Below the pieces are notes generated by a model. That model did no database searches and had not been told where the DNA came from. It saw only the letters and a program-made list of their open reading frames with translations. A stretch of DNA of 64,000 bases from Marsupella aquatica (taxonomy: Eukaryota > Plantae > Marchantiophyta): positions 557,968 through 621,967 of the forward strand of contig OZ316894.1 of assembly GCA_973895155.1 (NCBI GenBank), written 5' to 3'. The translations under genes were made by a program, and so were the position numbers. The first letter of the stretch is position 1; every line of letters starts with the position of its first letter. Positions 12,674 through 25,200 of this stretch are shown here, one piece after another.

Positions 12674-15106
12674 TGTCACGCGATTGACATGGGTCTTAAC
12701 ACCAAAGACGTCACTATGGGTGCCAAAACCATCTCCTTGTACCTGAGGATCACGAAGGGATGCTGTGAAGGCCGGTAAACACCAATTTATGCCCTTAACA
12801 CCAGAATATCATAACAAGACTCCGTCACACATCACCCAAGCTCAATCCCTAAGAACCAAGGTTGGGAATCAGATCCGCGCTCATGATAGTTCTGGTGAGA
12901 AGGAGTCTTCATATCGGGCCCGTACACACAGGGCCTAGCGCTACGGTGCGCATAGGTCTATACGTATGCTTACTGTCATAGGTATGTTTCTATTCCGCCG
13001 CCGGAATATACCCATAAACCAGTGACTCTTGACTGATTCCCGGCTTAGGGACTTCTAAGCCATTGCCCCACCACTCTGCCATTCCACTCTCAGCAATCAG
13101 AGCTATGACAGTCCTCACCCAGCCCGCTTCAATGCACCCTGTACACCTCTCAGTGGCGCTGCTAGTCCCATCATACACTTAGATTGCCTCACACACACAC
13201 ACATCCATGAGAGAAATGAGGCCTGAGAGGAAAACTCAATTAGATTCAACGATGTGCACAATAGTTCACTGAGAACACTTGATCCGAACAATAGGCCCGA
13301 AGGCTGTCTACTCCAGATTGCAGCGTGCTTGCCCCGCAAGCCCCATGCTTGCCATGCAAGCTCAATCCTGAACCTGAGCCCGGCTCACTCCAGATTGCGA
13401 CGGCATATTGGACTCAAACCAATCCCGTACTTGCCTTGCAAACTCAATCCTGAACTCAACCTCCTTCACTGCACTTCATTCTTGGGGGCACATACAGATC
13501 TCACACCCTCCAATTCAGAACGTCAAGTTACGCATACATAGTTGACTCGACTTCAAAGCTGGTACCAGGCCTAACGGCGATCTACCCCAGACTGCAATGA
13601 GGCCCGGCCTCACGCTTGCCCTGCAAGCTCTGCTCTGGCCATAGATCCCTTAGTGCTCTCCACCAGACAAAGGCCGGGACTCCCCATGGATCACGTAGCC
13701 TTGCCAGACTGAACTGTAAATGCTCCTCCTGCTGCCCCTCAATCAGTGTCTCAGCCTCCCTAATGTGCTCACCACAAATCAAATTGACATCCTCCCCACA
13801 GTTTACAATCACCAATACATCACCTATCACCAAGGCTCTGTATCGGGGGAAAAGAACCCAGTTGTGCTACTCACTAGAAAGAGCCACAATCCAGCTCGCA
13901 AACCTAGCAACCCGTTGCTGTGAAGCTTGGCTGATTACTCCCTGAGTAATAGCACAACCAAGCTCTCCCCCAACACGCAACGTCCAAGTCCAGCCTTGCT
14001 TGCACAGAGCTCCTCCCTGCTGCTCAGTCTAAGTGAGATCACACAACTGAAGTCCCCCCCCCCATCTCTACCGGGGGGCTGCTCTATATACTCTCATACT
14101 GAGCCCAAATGGCTGGATACTACGCTGCTGGAGCCCCATCCCAGCCCTAACAGAGCTGCCACTATCTCTAACTACTGAACCCTAACTCGCAGCTTTATTT
14201 CTATCTCGAATTGGCTATGTACTTCGGATTTGGCCCTCCTCCATGGTTTTCGCGAGCTTACGCCTCCTCTCCCGATTTCTGTATTCAACCATTTGCTGCG
14301 TGGATAGCAGCGTTGGAAGCGGCTTGAGCTCCTCTTTCCAACGAGGTCAATTATAGCCGATTTGGTCAAATACACAGAGAGTTATGCCCCCGCAACCGAG
14401 AGGGGGTACTCACTGCTGCGCTAACCCGAGTTACATAGCTAACCCGAGTTCGGCTAACCTAGCTATCCTATCTAACCCGAGTAGAGCTAACCCGTGGTCT
14501 CGGGTTAGGCCGCTACCCGCTATCCGCTAACCTAGCCTAAGCTGAGCCCGAACCCGAGCTTACCTATGCTAACCTGAGCCCGAGTTTAGGCTAACCCGAG
14601 TTCAATCTAATCCGAACCTAGGTTAAGCCTAAGCTGAAGCTGTGCTGACCTAAGCTAAGCTGAAGCTGTGCTTACCTGAGCTAAGCTGAAGCCGTGATCA
14701 CCTGAGCTAAGCTGAAGCCGTGCTCACCTGAGCTAAGCCGTGGTCGAGCTTGATTTAACCCGAAACTGAAGCCGAATCCACTAATTCCGGCCATAAGTTA
14801 ACTCGTGACACTAATCAGGCCGTATCTCTCTTAATACACCTCCGTTTCCCGAGTGTTTTATATCGATTTTACTCGCCTTGACCAGATCTTTCCAATGCTC
14901 TTTACAGATCCGGATTTGGTGACATATTGAAAGAGATATGGTCGTCGACCACCCGCGACATAGTTTTTATTTCCCTACTCTTAACGCCATGATTGCCCTT
15001 ATTCTTGCCATCTTGCTAATTGTTATGTAATATCAATAGCTACTCCTTGCATACAGCAACCTACTTAATCAGATTACAAAATAAGGACCATGTCATTGGC
15101 GTCACA
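12674..15106 (-). mobile_element. Family C solo LTR (2433 bp), no long ORF
   Basis: TG...CA ends and TSD GAAGC at 12669-12673 and 15107-15111. It interrupts the LTR-A ORF. Orientation is inferred from termini and motifs shared with family B. Confidence 0.9.
14420..14770. repeat. Degenerate short tandem repeats inside the family C LTR (CTAACCCGAG-like units, then ~26-bp CACCTGAGCTAAGCTGAAGCCGTGCT-like units)
   Basis: Repeated CTAACCCGAG and GCTAAGCTGAAGC words are directly visible. Confidence 0.8.
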
Positions 15107-16101
15107 GAAGCCCTGATACTTCCAAGTCTGCATAGCCGTAAAGCATGCATCCTCCTCCCCTGCAAAGTGTAATTGGACCTCCTCGGGGAGGATCGCCGCC
15201 CAGCCTTTCTAGGTGTCATCTCTCGTTGGAACAGCGTTGATGGGGTCGACCTCCTCCTCCTCGGCTTCTCTCTGCCTCCTGCTCTGCTGTTCGGCTGGTT
15301 TCTTTGGTGCCACCGACCTCGTTCTTTTTGCCGGGGTGGCCTCGTCGTTGTTATTTCCCTTCCTCTTCATCTCGGCTGCCGTGGATGTCTCTCCGAGCAC
15401 GGTTGCCTTTGTCCACCCCTCCGTGCTACCCTTCAACTCCCAGTGTAGGTTGTTGCAGCATTTGATGGCTTCGCGGATGCCGACGACTCTGTCTTCGCAA
15501 AACAGAAGGTCGTCGAGTTGATTGGTAGTAGGAGTCCACAAGAATTTGGCTTTGATGAGTTCTCCTCCTAAGAAGGCAGCTTTCTGCAGCTCCCACAATC
15601 GAGCGAGCTCCTGCCGTTCTTGAGCTGCTCTCTCCGACTCTTCGTCCTCGTAAGTACCAATGTACTCAGTTGCCTGTTCGAACAGGCATCCCCAAAAATG
15701 TGCCGCTTGATTGACGTTGCTCATACCCTAATCGAGTTGATAGTCGGTATCTGTTCCCACCCTGAGTGCTTGCCTAAGCAGTTGACAGTAGTTGGCCGCC
15801 CGTAGTCGTCTGCCCAGTTCGTGCCTGCAATTGAGCCACAACTCCTCGCGAGCGGTCCTTACCCCTCTCCTCCTTGGCGTCTCTCTCCCGTTGGTGACCC
15901 CTAGCCGCCGGCACTTAGCGTGCCCTAACCCTAATTGTGTTCTCTTCCCTGGCGTCCTTACTTCCGGCCTCGGCTTGGGTTCCATAGTCACCCTTAATTG
16001 TTTATATTTTCCTTATTTTTGTAACTATACTAAGGTGTTTCTAGGGTACACTTCCCTTTTCCACTTTAAACTAGCCCATTGATTCCTGGCTAGGCATCAC
16101 A

Positions 16102-16143
16102 GGGGGTCTAGTTCCCATGAAGTTCTGCAGGTGCTGGTAGAAG
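16102..16143 (-). mobile_element. 42-bp remnant of a family B LTR (target of A1)
   Basis: AGTTCCCATGAAGTTCTGCAGGTGCTGGTAGAAG matches the minus-strand B LTR at ~41197-41230. Confidence 0.8.
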
Positions 16144-16144
16144 T

Positions 16145-16162
16145 TGGCGCTAGATGGAGGGG
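16145..16162 (+). promoter_or_regulatory. Primer-binding site, tRNA-Asn type (identical to family A)
   Basis: TGGCGCTAGATGGAGGGG. Confidence 0.8.
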
Positions 16163-16377
16163 GCACTCTACGTGTAGTAGAGGGGAGACATGTGCGAGTG
16201 CACCAGGGCGAGGTACACCAGGCCCCATTTCGTTACTAACCATTGCATTTATACGAGTAGAGGCCCGTCACCCGTTCTCAAGCTACTTACTTGAGGAGAT
16301 TGACCAGCGAACAAGAGAGTGCGACCACAACAAGCTCCGAATCCTCAGGCTCGGAGGATTTGCCATCGCCTCGATGA

Positions 16378-19300
16378 ATGAACATACCACCGGGACCTTC
16401 GAGGTCCGGTCTAGCCAGTCCTGCTCTGGTCCATGCTGCACCACCGCCAGCACCGCCACCGCCAGCAGTACCGATGGCAGCAGCCCCACCAGCTATGGCC
16501 CGCGCTGCCCAAGCTCCCCCACAAATATCACAACGGTCACAGTTTCATTATCGACCTTTCAAAGGGCGTCACGGGGATGATCCAAATGAATGGTTGGATG
16601 AATTTGAAGCCACTGCTAAGGCCAACGGGGAAGACACCATTAAGCTAACCGTCCTCCCCGGTGTGATGCGGGGAGAAGCTCGTCCATGGTACAACTCGCT
16701 GCCACCCGGAACTACATGGGGACAATTCCAAGTTGCATTGCTGCAACAGTTTCATGCCATTGGATCAGGGCAGCACTCGTTAGTAAAGATCGGCCAGCTT
16801 CGCATGGGAAAGAAGGAATCCTTGCGAAAGTTCACTCAGAAGTTTCAAAAACTTGCCGCCAAGATCCAGCCCAGGCCAGGTGATGCTCTCCAGCTTACGT
16901 GGTTCCTCCATGGTTTGCCCACGAATATGCAATTTTGGGTGCGTCAGAATAACCCAATTTCAATGCAAGTGGCCATAGCGTGCGCCGGAACCTACCGGGA
17001 GTCCACTTATAACTCTCGGCAAAGCCAACGAGCACGCCGCAAGAAGGGCAAATACGAGACCTTCAGTGATAGTGACTCCAAATCGGACGACGAGAAGAAG
17101 AAGAAACGCAAGAAGAAGAAGAAACATTGTTCGACCTCGTCCAGTTTGGAGACAGAATCTAGTTTGGATTCGACTTCGACTAGCGGATCCTCCACTTCCA
17201 GCTCATCGGGAAGTGATTTGGGGAACGAGAGCCGGAGCAAGAAGAAGAAGAGGCGGGCTAAGAAGGAAGAGAAGGTCAAGCCTCGTGTTCAACGAACGAT
17301 CCCTGATCCGAAGGCCGTTGAAGCAGACAAGCTCAATGAAATTACGGATCATCTCAAAGCACTATCAGTACACCTTGCGGACAAGCCCATGGAGAAAAAG
17401 AAACCTTCCAAGACCAGAGCACACGCATGGTGCTCCAAGTGTTTCCAATCCGGGCACGTGGTGCAAGAATGCCCGCGATGGAAGAATAGGGTCCATCAGG
17501 TGGAATTGGAGGACGCTGACAGCCCGGGACCAGAACCGGAGTCCACCGAGTACTTCTTCAAAGACTCCACAGATTCTATATACTAGATTTCTACGATGGG
17601 TCCGTGCAACTTACCAGGTAGAATGGCCTACCCTTACCCTAACAATGGCAGGAACGTCCAGGTTATCAGTAACCCAAGCATCCCTCCTAAACCCGGGATT
17701 TGGCGATCCCCGGTTTGTTACAACTGTGAGAAGCCGGGCCACTTTGCTAGGGAATGCACCGAGCCAAGACGGCAAGGAGATGGCCGGGGCACTCCACTAT
17801 GTCAAGTTTGCAAAATTGAGGCCCACTCCACGGCCAATTGCCCCTTGGTGATTGCTGCCCGAGCAAGTGTAGCCAGGCCGGCCCTGGGAGGTCCTGCTAC
17901 TAGCGATGTTGTCGTACAAATGATTGTTGTAGAATGGTAAGATGATACCACGGAATGGGTAAATCTGGTGGATGTGGTGGAACACCCGAACCCGTCGGAC
18001 AAAGTTGAGTGCTACCGTGTGTCGACTTGGGCCGAACGGAAGCAAGAGAAACAGGAAGAGAAGCGTCAGAAAAAGCAAGATACTACCCCGGTGCAGCCAG
18101 CAGTAGAAATTTCCCTAGAGGAGGATGACGATTACCGGCGAGACGACCCAAAGCTATTCTTCCCCCGTATCGAAGAATTGGTTAAGAAGCAGTTGGAGGC
18201 TTATGAAGCACGCAAATACCAGAAAGCTATCGACAAGGACATCAAAGCAGCAGAAACTGCCCAAAGACAAGAGCAGGAGAAGCGACAGGAGGAAGCCCAA
18301 CAACGTCCCAAGGAAGAGAAGAAGGAGGACTACGATATCTGGCAAGATGTGAAAAGTTGCTCGGTCACGGCAACAGTAGGGAAATTACTGCACAATAACC
18401 CTCAGTATCGACAGCAACTGAGGCAGTTACTCACGGGTCGACGATGAAGGCGGCTACCCCGGGTGGGGATGACAAATTGCAACATGATCTGCGAAGACCT
18501 CAGTGCGCCGGACATATCTATTGAGATAAACAATTGCACCATCAAGATGGTCCTGGTCGATGGCGGCGCGGGAGTCAACATCATGACTGAAGAAACGTCG
18601 ATCAAACTGGAGTACCTCACGTATCAACCCACGGCCCGAGCCATCCGATTGGCGAATGGGGCACGGGTCCTTCCCTTGGGCACGCTCACACGGGTGCTCA
18701 CTCTTGTGGGGGGCGTTGAGTTCTACCTCAACTTCCTAGTCATGAGGCCGGTGAGACCATCCTCTTATCCAGTTATGCTGGGGAGGCCATGGCTGTATAG
18801 GGGCAATGTGGTCATGGATTGGGGAAAGAAAGAGTTGCAATTCGGGACACCCATCATGCGAGTGTTGTGGGCCTTGGATGACTATCAGGGAGAGACACCA
18901 TAGGGGCCGGAGGAATATGATTTAGAGACCTCGGAGGAAGAAGAGCTCAACATGATAGAGCTCATCTCATCTCTTTCCGAGGAAGATGTTTTCGGGATAG
19001 AGGCAACACGAGACACCCATCTCATGAACTACCCGAAAGAAGACACGTGCAACCTCAACCCGAGTTCCTCTAACCCCTTGACTAAGGTGCAACCCGCTCA
19101 AAGTCTCAGCCCAAAGGACACGCAGAATGCAGCTCCAGCTAAGCAAGGAGCTGAAGCCATTATGCCTACCATCAACCCCTCAGGAAGCGAGGCCACCACG
19201 ACCTCAGCTGAAGCCGAGATTTCGGGGCCCAAGCATAGGAAGCAAGTATCCTAGGACCCTTCTATCCCAATGGAAGAAGACATGGTCGCAGCCCCAGAGT

Positions 19301-22170
19301 CAAACCCGACCCCGCCGACGTACGGAGGAGTCCGCTTAGCAGAGCTAGACGCTAGCCTGGACCCGGGCTTGCGTAATCAAGTAGAAGTCATCAGGAAGGA
19401 GCACTACCGGAAGTACACCACGGGGATGGATAAGACGTTCAACTTAGGCCATGCCTTAACGGGTGAGGCCAAGAAATCCATTCAGTCACTGCTCAAGGAA
19501 TATGAGGATGTGTTCGCATGGAGCCATCATGACCTGGCGGGTGTCTCTCCCGAGCTAGGAGAACACACGATCACCTGAACCTAGGCACACACGCGGTATG
19601 GCAGCGCCAACGACATATGAACCCGAGATATTCAATCTTGGTGAAAGAAGAGATCGATCGTCTACTAGCTGCGGATATCATTTATCCGGTAATGGCGAGT
19701 GATTGGGTATCTCCCATTGTCATCGTGCCAAAAAAGGGAGGCACGGAAGGGAAACCCAAGATCCGCATCTGTCAAGATTATCATAAGCTAAACGATGCTA
19801 CCCGAAAGGACCACTACCCGTTACCATTCACGGACATGGTTTTGGATACGGTAGCTCGGAATGAAATCTACACCTTCCTTGACGGCTATTCGGGCTACAA
19901 CCAGATTTGGATCCGCCTCTCGGATCAGCTAAAAACCACGTTCACTACCGAGTGGGGGACATTTGCATTTTGGAGGATGCTTTTTGGGCTGTGTAACGCC
20001 CCGGCCATGTTCCAGCGGCTCATGATGAATATTTTCCATGATTTCCTACGGGAGTTTTTGGAAATATTTATCGATGACTTCGCCATCTTTGGAACTGTGG
20101 TCATGCACCCCGAACACCTACGACGTACTCTATAGCGATGCTGGGAGGTTAACCTTAAGCTCAACCCGGGCAAGTGTTTTTTTGGGGTAGAAGAGGGAGT
20201 GCTGCTCGGCCATCGGGTATCCAAACGAGGTATTGAAGTGGACCAGGAGAAGGTAGTAGCTTGGATGGCAGTAGTGTTCCCCGTGGATCAAAAGGCTGTA
20301 AGGTCTTTTTTGGGCTGTGTCGGGTACTATCGCCAGTTCATTAAAGACTTTGCTAAAATTGCGTTGCCCTTAACTGAGATGATGAAGAAGGATGCAGTGA
20401 TCGAGGAGACACCCGAAGACTGATCGCTTTTGAAGAACTCCGTAAACGACTCACCACCTCACCTATCATGGTCACCCCAGACTGGAATAAGGAGTTCCAT
20501 GTGTATGTCAACGTGTCCGGGTTCTGTATCGGGTCCGTGCTCAGTCAGCTTGATGAGGACGGACGTGACCACCCCATCTACTTTGCTAGCCGTCAACTAT
20601 TCGCAGCCAAGAAAAACTATTCTCCCACTAATCAAGAAGCTTTGGGTATTATCTACTCATGTAAGAAGTTCTGACACTATCTGCTCGGCTACAAGGTCAT
20701 ATTCCACACGGATCATGATAGCCTAAAGTACATGGTCAACAAAGCAGATGTCATGGGACGGATAGCCCGGTGGGTGTTACTACTGCAAGAGTTTAATTAC
20801 GAATTACAGGTTTGACCCGGGAAAGCGCACCTCAACGCTGATTTCTTTTCAAGACTGGATGGAGTACCAGTCGAGCAACCTATTAACGACACCTTCCCCG
20901 ATGAGCAATTGTTCCATGTAGGGACGGAAGCGCCAACGTGGTATGGGCCAATCATTATGTTCCTTCTGACTGGACGCATCCCCAACGACATCAACCAGGA
21001 AGCTGCCGCCGTGTTTCTCCGAAAGGCGGGGCCGTTCATTATGATACGGGGCCACTTACACAAGGAAGGAGTTAACAGGAAACTACGGCGCTGCCTGGAG
21101 TACAAAGAAACTCTCATTGTGATGCGGGCCTTGCACGAAGAAGAAGCAGGAGGCCATTTTGCGGCTATCACCACAGCCCGGAAGATTCTCGACTCGGGGT
21201 ATTGGTGGCCCACGTTGCATACTGATGTACAGTGCTTCATCAAAGGCTGTGACCTATGTCAATGGGCTGGGGCTCCAAGACAAGCTCATCATCACCCTCT
21301 CACATCCGTGCTTCCCTTAGCACCTTTCAAAAAGTGGGGTATTGATTATATCAGGCCGTTCACTCCCGTTACCCGAAGACGAAGATGCAGGTACATCCTG
21401 CTAGCTATAGATTACTCCACCAAGTGGGTCAAAGCACGGGCTACGGTGAGGGACGATGTTGCCACAAGCGCCCGATTCTTATACGAGCAGATCTTCACCC
21501 GGTTCAGGCCTCCCTTGGAATTAGTAAGCGACCGTGGAACACACTCCCTCAATGACACTATAGCACGGCTTACGGAGCATTACCTAGTCAAGCACCGCAA
21601 GACTACCCCGTATCATCCTAAAGCCAATGGGCTGATAGAGAGAGCCAATGGTATCATTGAGAAGATCCTCAACAAGACAGTAGTCGCGCACAAAATGGAT
21701 TGGGATGATAAGTTGTACGCAGCGTGTACTCGTATAATCTAGCTTACAAGACTACTACGAGTCACAGCCCGTACTTTCTCGTGTTTGGCCAACATTCATT
21801 GGTGCCCGTTGAGTTCGAAGTAACACTCCACGGGTCAGCATTTGAGATTGCTTACCCAAACCTGAAAGTTTGTCAGACCGAGCTTATCAGATTGAAGCCT
21901 TAGAAGAGGCACGGCTACTGGCAGCTCGACACACCGTAAAGCAGCAGGCAACTTCCAAGAAGCAGCACGACAAAGGACTACGAAAGATCGACGTTGTGAT
22001 GGGCGATCTAGTCCTGCTGTACGATAGTAGGTACATGCAATTTTTGGGGAACCCGTTGGTTAGGGCCTTTCCTAGTCAATCAGATCTACCCTAACGGATC
22101 TTTGGAACTCGCAACGTACACCGGCAATTTACTCCCCACACAAGTCAGTTACGATCGTGTGAAGATGTGA
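16378..22170 (+). pseudogene. gag-pol: gag-pol of family B, degenerate
   Basis: DPNEWLDEFE, three CCHC knuckles, VLVDGGAG, MLGRPWL, RT FIDDF, RNase H, integrase GGHF/YWWPTL/YHPKANG and a C-terminal GPF motif. Many stops and several frameshifts. Confidence 0.93.
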
Positions 22171-22231
22171 AGAAGTACCACCATCAAGACGACGACGCCG
22201 ATAGTGATGTTTGCGAGGACGCTTCACAATT

Positions 22232-22244
22232 AAGCAGGGAGCTA
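22232..22244 (+). promoter_or_regulatory. Polypurine tract of family B
   Basis: AAGCAGGGAGCTA immediately before the LTR TG, shortly after the end of integrase. Confidence 0.6.
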
Positions 22245-25200
22245 TGTGACGCCGCCAGTACGGCGGGTAATGAGTGATTCGGCCTAACCACGCTTAGCAT
22301 GCGCGTTAGGGGTATCTTAGGCCATAATTATTAGCATAACGGTAGTATTTAGGTAGCCATTATGAGTAGGAAATCATTAGTCAATAAGGGGCATTCGTGT
22401 TTGGGCTGGCGGCAGGTCGCCATTTGCACGCTCGGGTTGCAAGTGTGTAATGGGCCCCCTGGGTCCGTATAACAAACTCCGGGAGGCGGCCACTAACACG
22501 CGCTGACCCAGACTGGCGGAGTGGCCGGTACACTGCAAGCGTGAAAGGCTCGGCCTATAAGAGACGAGGAGGCATTGGGCGACCAACGAGCTCTCAGGGT
22601 ATACAAAGGGGGCCGATTCCTTTGTAGTGCACCAGTTCTTCAGTCCACGCGCCATCTTTGACACCAGTTCTCTCGCCCATCCTTAGTCGCCTTCTATGTC
22701 ACACACGATCCTTTCCAGTTCGGCCATATGATTCTGGACGCAGTTCCTGTCTATCGGGGGCACTTGGCCGACTCATTAAAACACGCCAACCCGAGCTGAT
22801 ACGAAATTGAACGCGAGTACGAGAGAGCCATCTGCCTAGCAGGCCGCCACCACTATCTCTTTCACTTTGATTACCCATCCCAGAGCGAGCTTTACCGACC
22901 CAAAGAGATATCAGGGTACTTCTTCAACGGGGCAAATACATCGGCTTCTGGGAGGCATTGCTTCGGCTTCCGAACGTGGTCTTCACTATCCCGGGCATGA
23001 TCAACTTACAACGGCACCACTTCGACCACATCCCCGCTTGGGTCCAGGCCATCATCAATAGCCAGTTCAACACTACCCGGTTGACAAGGCCGTCTACACT
23101 TGCTTTGGAAAACCTCCACCGACACTTGCAGAACTTCATGGGAACCATACCATCAACCACCGGTGCCGGCCCAGTCGAGCCCGTGCCCGTATCCGCACCA
23201 ACACCGGCTCCGACTCAGGCTCCGCCTCAGCCTAGCCGATCCCCACCGCTGGTCGCCCCGCCCATACAGGTGCGATCCGTCATCAACGCTGTGGACCTCA
23301 GCAATGATGATGAGGCTACCCCACCTTGCTCAGGCGGGCCAGATGAGCGAGCACCCAAGGAACCGACACTACATTGCCCCCTCCTAGGCCCGAACCCGAG
23401 TAGCAGCTTCGATGGACAACACGGTGACCATAGCCGCCCCGGCCCCAATACTAACGGCGGTGGCACTACCCATACCCGATCGGGAGGATGGAGAGATGTC
23501 ACCCTCTCCAAGCCATCACGGGAGCCAGTCTCGGGGAAAGAAGAGGAAGGAACCCACAGCTGTATCTGGGTTAACCATGGCCACGGCAGCCGTGGCCAAA
23601 GTGACAAAGCACCGCATGGGGGAGAACGTGCATAAGAACATCCTCCACCCCAAACATGTGATGTACTTGAAGACTCAGGGGTTTGAGCACCTCGCCTCTC
23701 TTCCCCGGAACACCTGCAGGTACTCCGAGGAGGACATGACGGAGTTCGTCAAGAATTATGATGACGTCGATCAGCATACTTGGCTACAGGGAGGAATATG
23801 TCCCTCACGTAGGAGAGACTCAGGATGATCTTTGGGCTACCCGGGGGAGATCAACGAGTCAAATCACGGGCTCCCGAGGGCAAAAGAGCCAAGTACCAAA
23901 CCTCGAGTTTCCCCTCCGAGGGGTCAGTGGACAACGGGTTCATGATGAGGACCCGCCTCATCCCCGAGATAGCCCAGACTGGAGTTCCAGAGGTACGCCC
24001 TCCACATGATGGAACCCCGGGGCGAGATCTCCACTGCCCAGGTTATCCAGGTCAAGAATTATCGGCCTAGGAAGTGGGCGTTGTACTTTGCTGAGAAGTT
24101 CCATGAAGAGATGGAAAGGCAAAGGAAGGTGTTGTACATTGGTGGGAAGGCGTATTTTGCAAGCCACATCGAGATCGTTCTCGAGTGGTACGCCCGGTTC
24201 GATCGACGAACCCTTCCCCGGACCAACGTAACTAAGTTGGTCCCGTCTAGGTGGGTCTTCCCAGCCTTGGAGAGACGGCCTCAGCCCAAAGTCCGGTGGC
24301 CACGCAGGCCTCACCCACCCCACCTCCACAAGTAGCCATAACCGTGGCCGAAGAGGTACCGGACAAGGCAGTGATCACAACCTTAGACGCGATCAACCAG
24401 GTCGGGCTGAGCACAGAAGTTGGGGCGGTGGAGGCCTTGCCCGAGCCCGAGGGTCCAGAAGACCCACCGGTGGCTATTCCAGAGGACAGCACGATGATGG
24501 AGGACACTCCAGCCCCTTCCAACACTACATCCCCAGAGCTGGATGTCACTACCCCGGCTCCCGCGCGAGTTGACGTCTGCCCGTGCCCAACTCCAGACGG
24601 ACACAACTTGGACCACCCAGAACTCTTCGTACTGGGTGCATTTCTGAACGGGCTGTTGGGAGATTTCTCCCAACAGATTGCCCGGGATACCGGGGAGTTC
24701 ATGGCCCAAAAGGTAGCCTACTTCTTCAACCAGGAGTTGGTTACCGCAATAAAGGTGGGTCGGGCCCAGTCGGAGGTCCTTTAGAGGATAGAGCGGTACC
24801 GGGTTTAGGGTCCGTGTACCTAAAGGGCAAACTTGAGACTCAAGAGGCTAAGCTCCTGCAACTACGACCCAAGGTTGCAGCCGCCAATGAGTTGTTAGCA
24901 AATGCGCGCGCTCTTACCACCTTAGCTGAACAGGCCAAAGCTGGGAAGGAGGCCAAGATTGCACGGCTCCGGACCCAGATTGACAATTTGAAGAATCAAA
25001 CTGTCATCTGGCAGAAAGACCTGGAGGGGGCCAACGAGCGGGCCCAGCGTGACACTACGGAGATTGCCGCCCTAAAGGCCAAAGTAGCGTGGCTTCAAAT
25101 CAAAGCTGAGAAGCAGACCCAGATGATGGGCAAGTTGACAAACAACGCCCAGCAACTGGAAGAGGCATGCCAGGAGGCAGCTGAGGAGACGGACGCAGCA

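Larger units (their letters stand above)
9587..15985 (-). pseudogene. LTR-A-encoded protein (~1200-1300 aa reconstructed; PMD/plant-transposon-protein-like domain plus coiled coil), broken by stops, frameshifts and the family C insertion
   Basis: Colinear ORF pieces 15728-15991, 15209-15724, 12141-12668, 11207-12193, 10957-11322 and 9587-10951; the same pieces recur in the copies at 29216 and 47544. Confidence 0.8.
2742..16101 (-). mobile_element. Element A1: Ty3/gypsy non-chromovirus LTR retrotransposon (5' LTR, PBS, gag-pro, RT-RH-INT); 3' end displaced off the window
   Basis: LTR 8685-16101, PBS 8663-8680, then gag, protease, RT, RNase H and integrase in gypsy order. Confidence 0.93.
8685..16101 (-). 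repeat. 5' LTR of A1 (~5.0 kb after removing the family C insertion; includes a repeat expansion)
   Basis: TGTGATGCC start at 16101 and CGCACCACA end at 8685 on the minus strand; adjacent to the PBS. Confidence 0.92.

Noticed and set aside
19252-19254. TAG between protease and RT of family B as a programmed readthrough site
   Set aside because: Single degenerate copy with many similar stops; it cannot be told apart from CAG>TAG decay.
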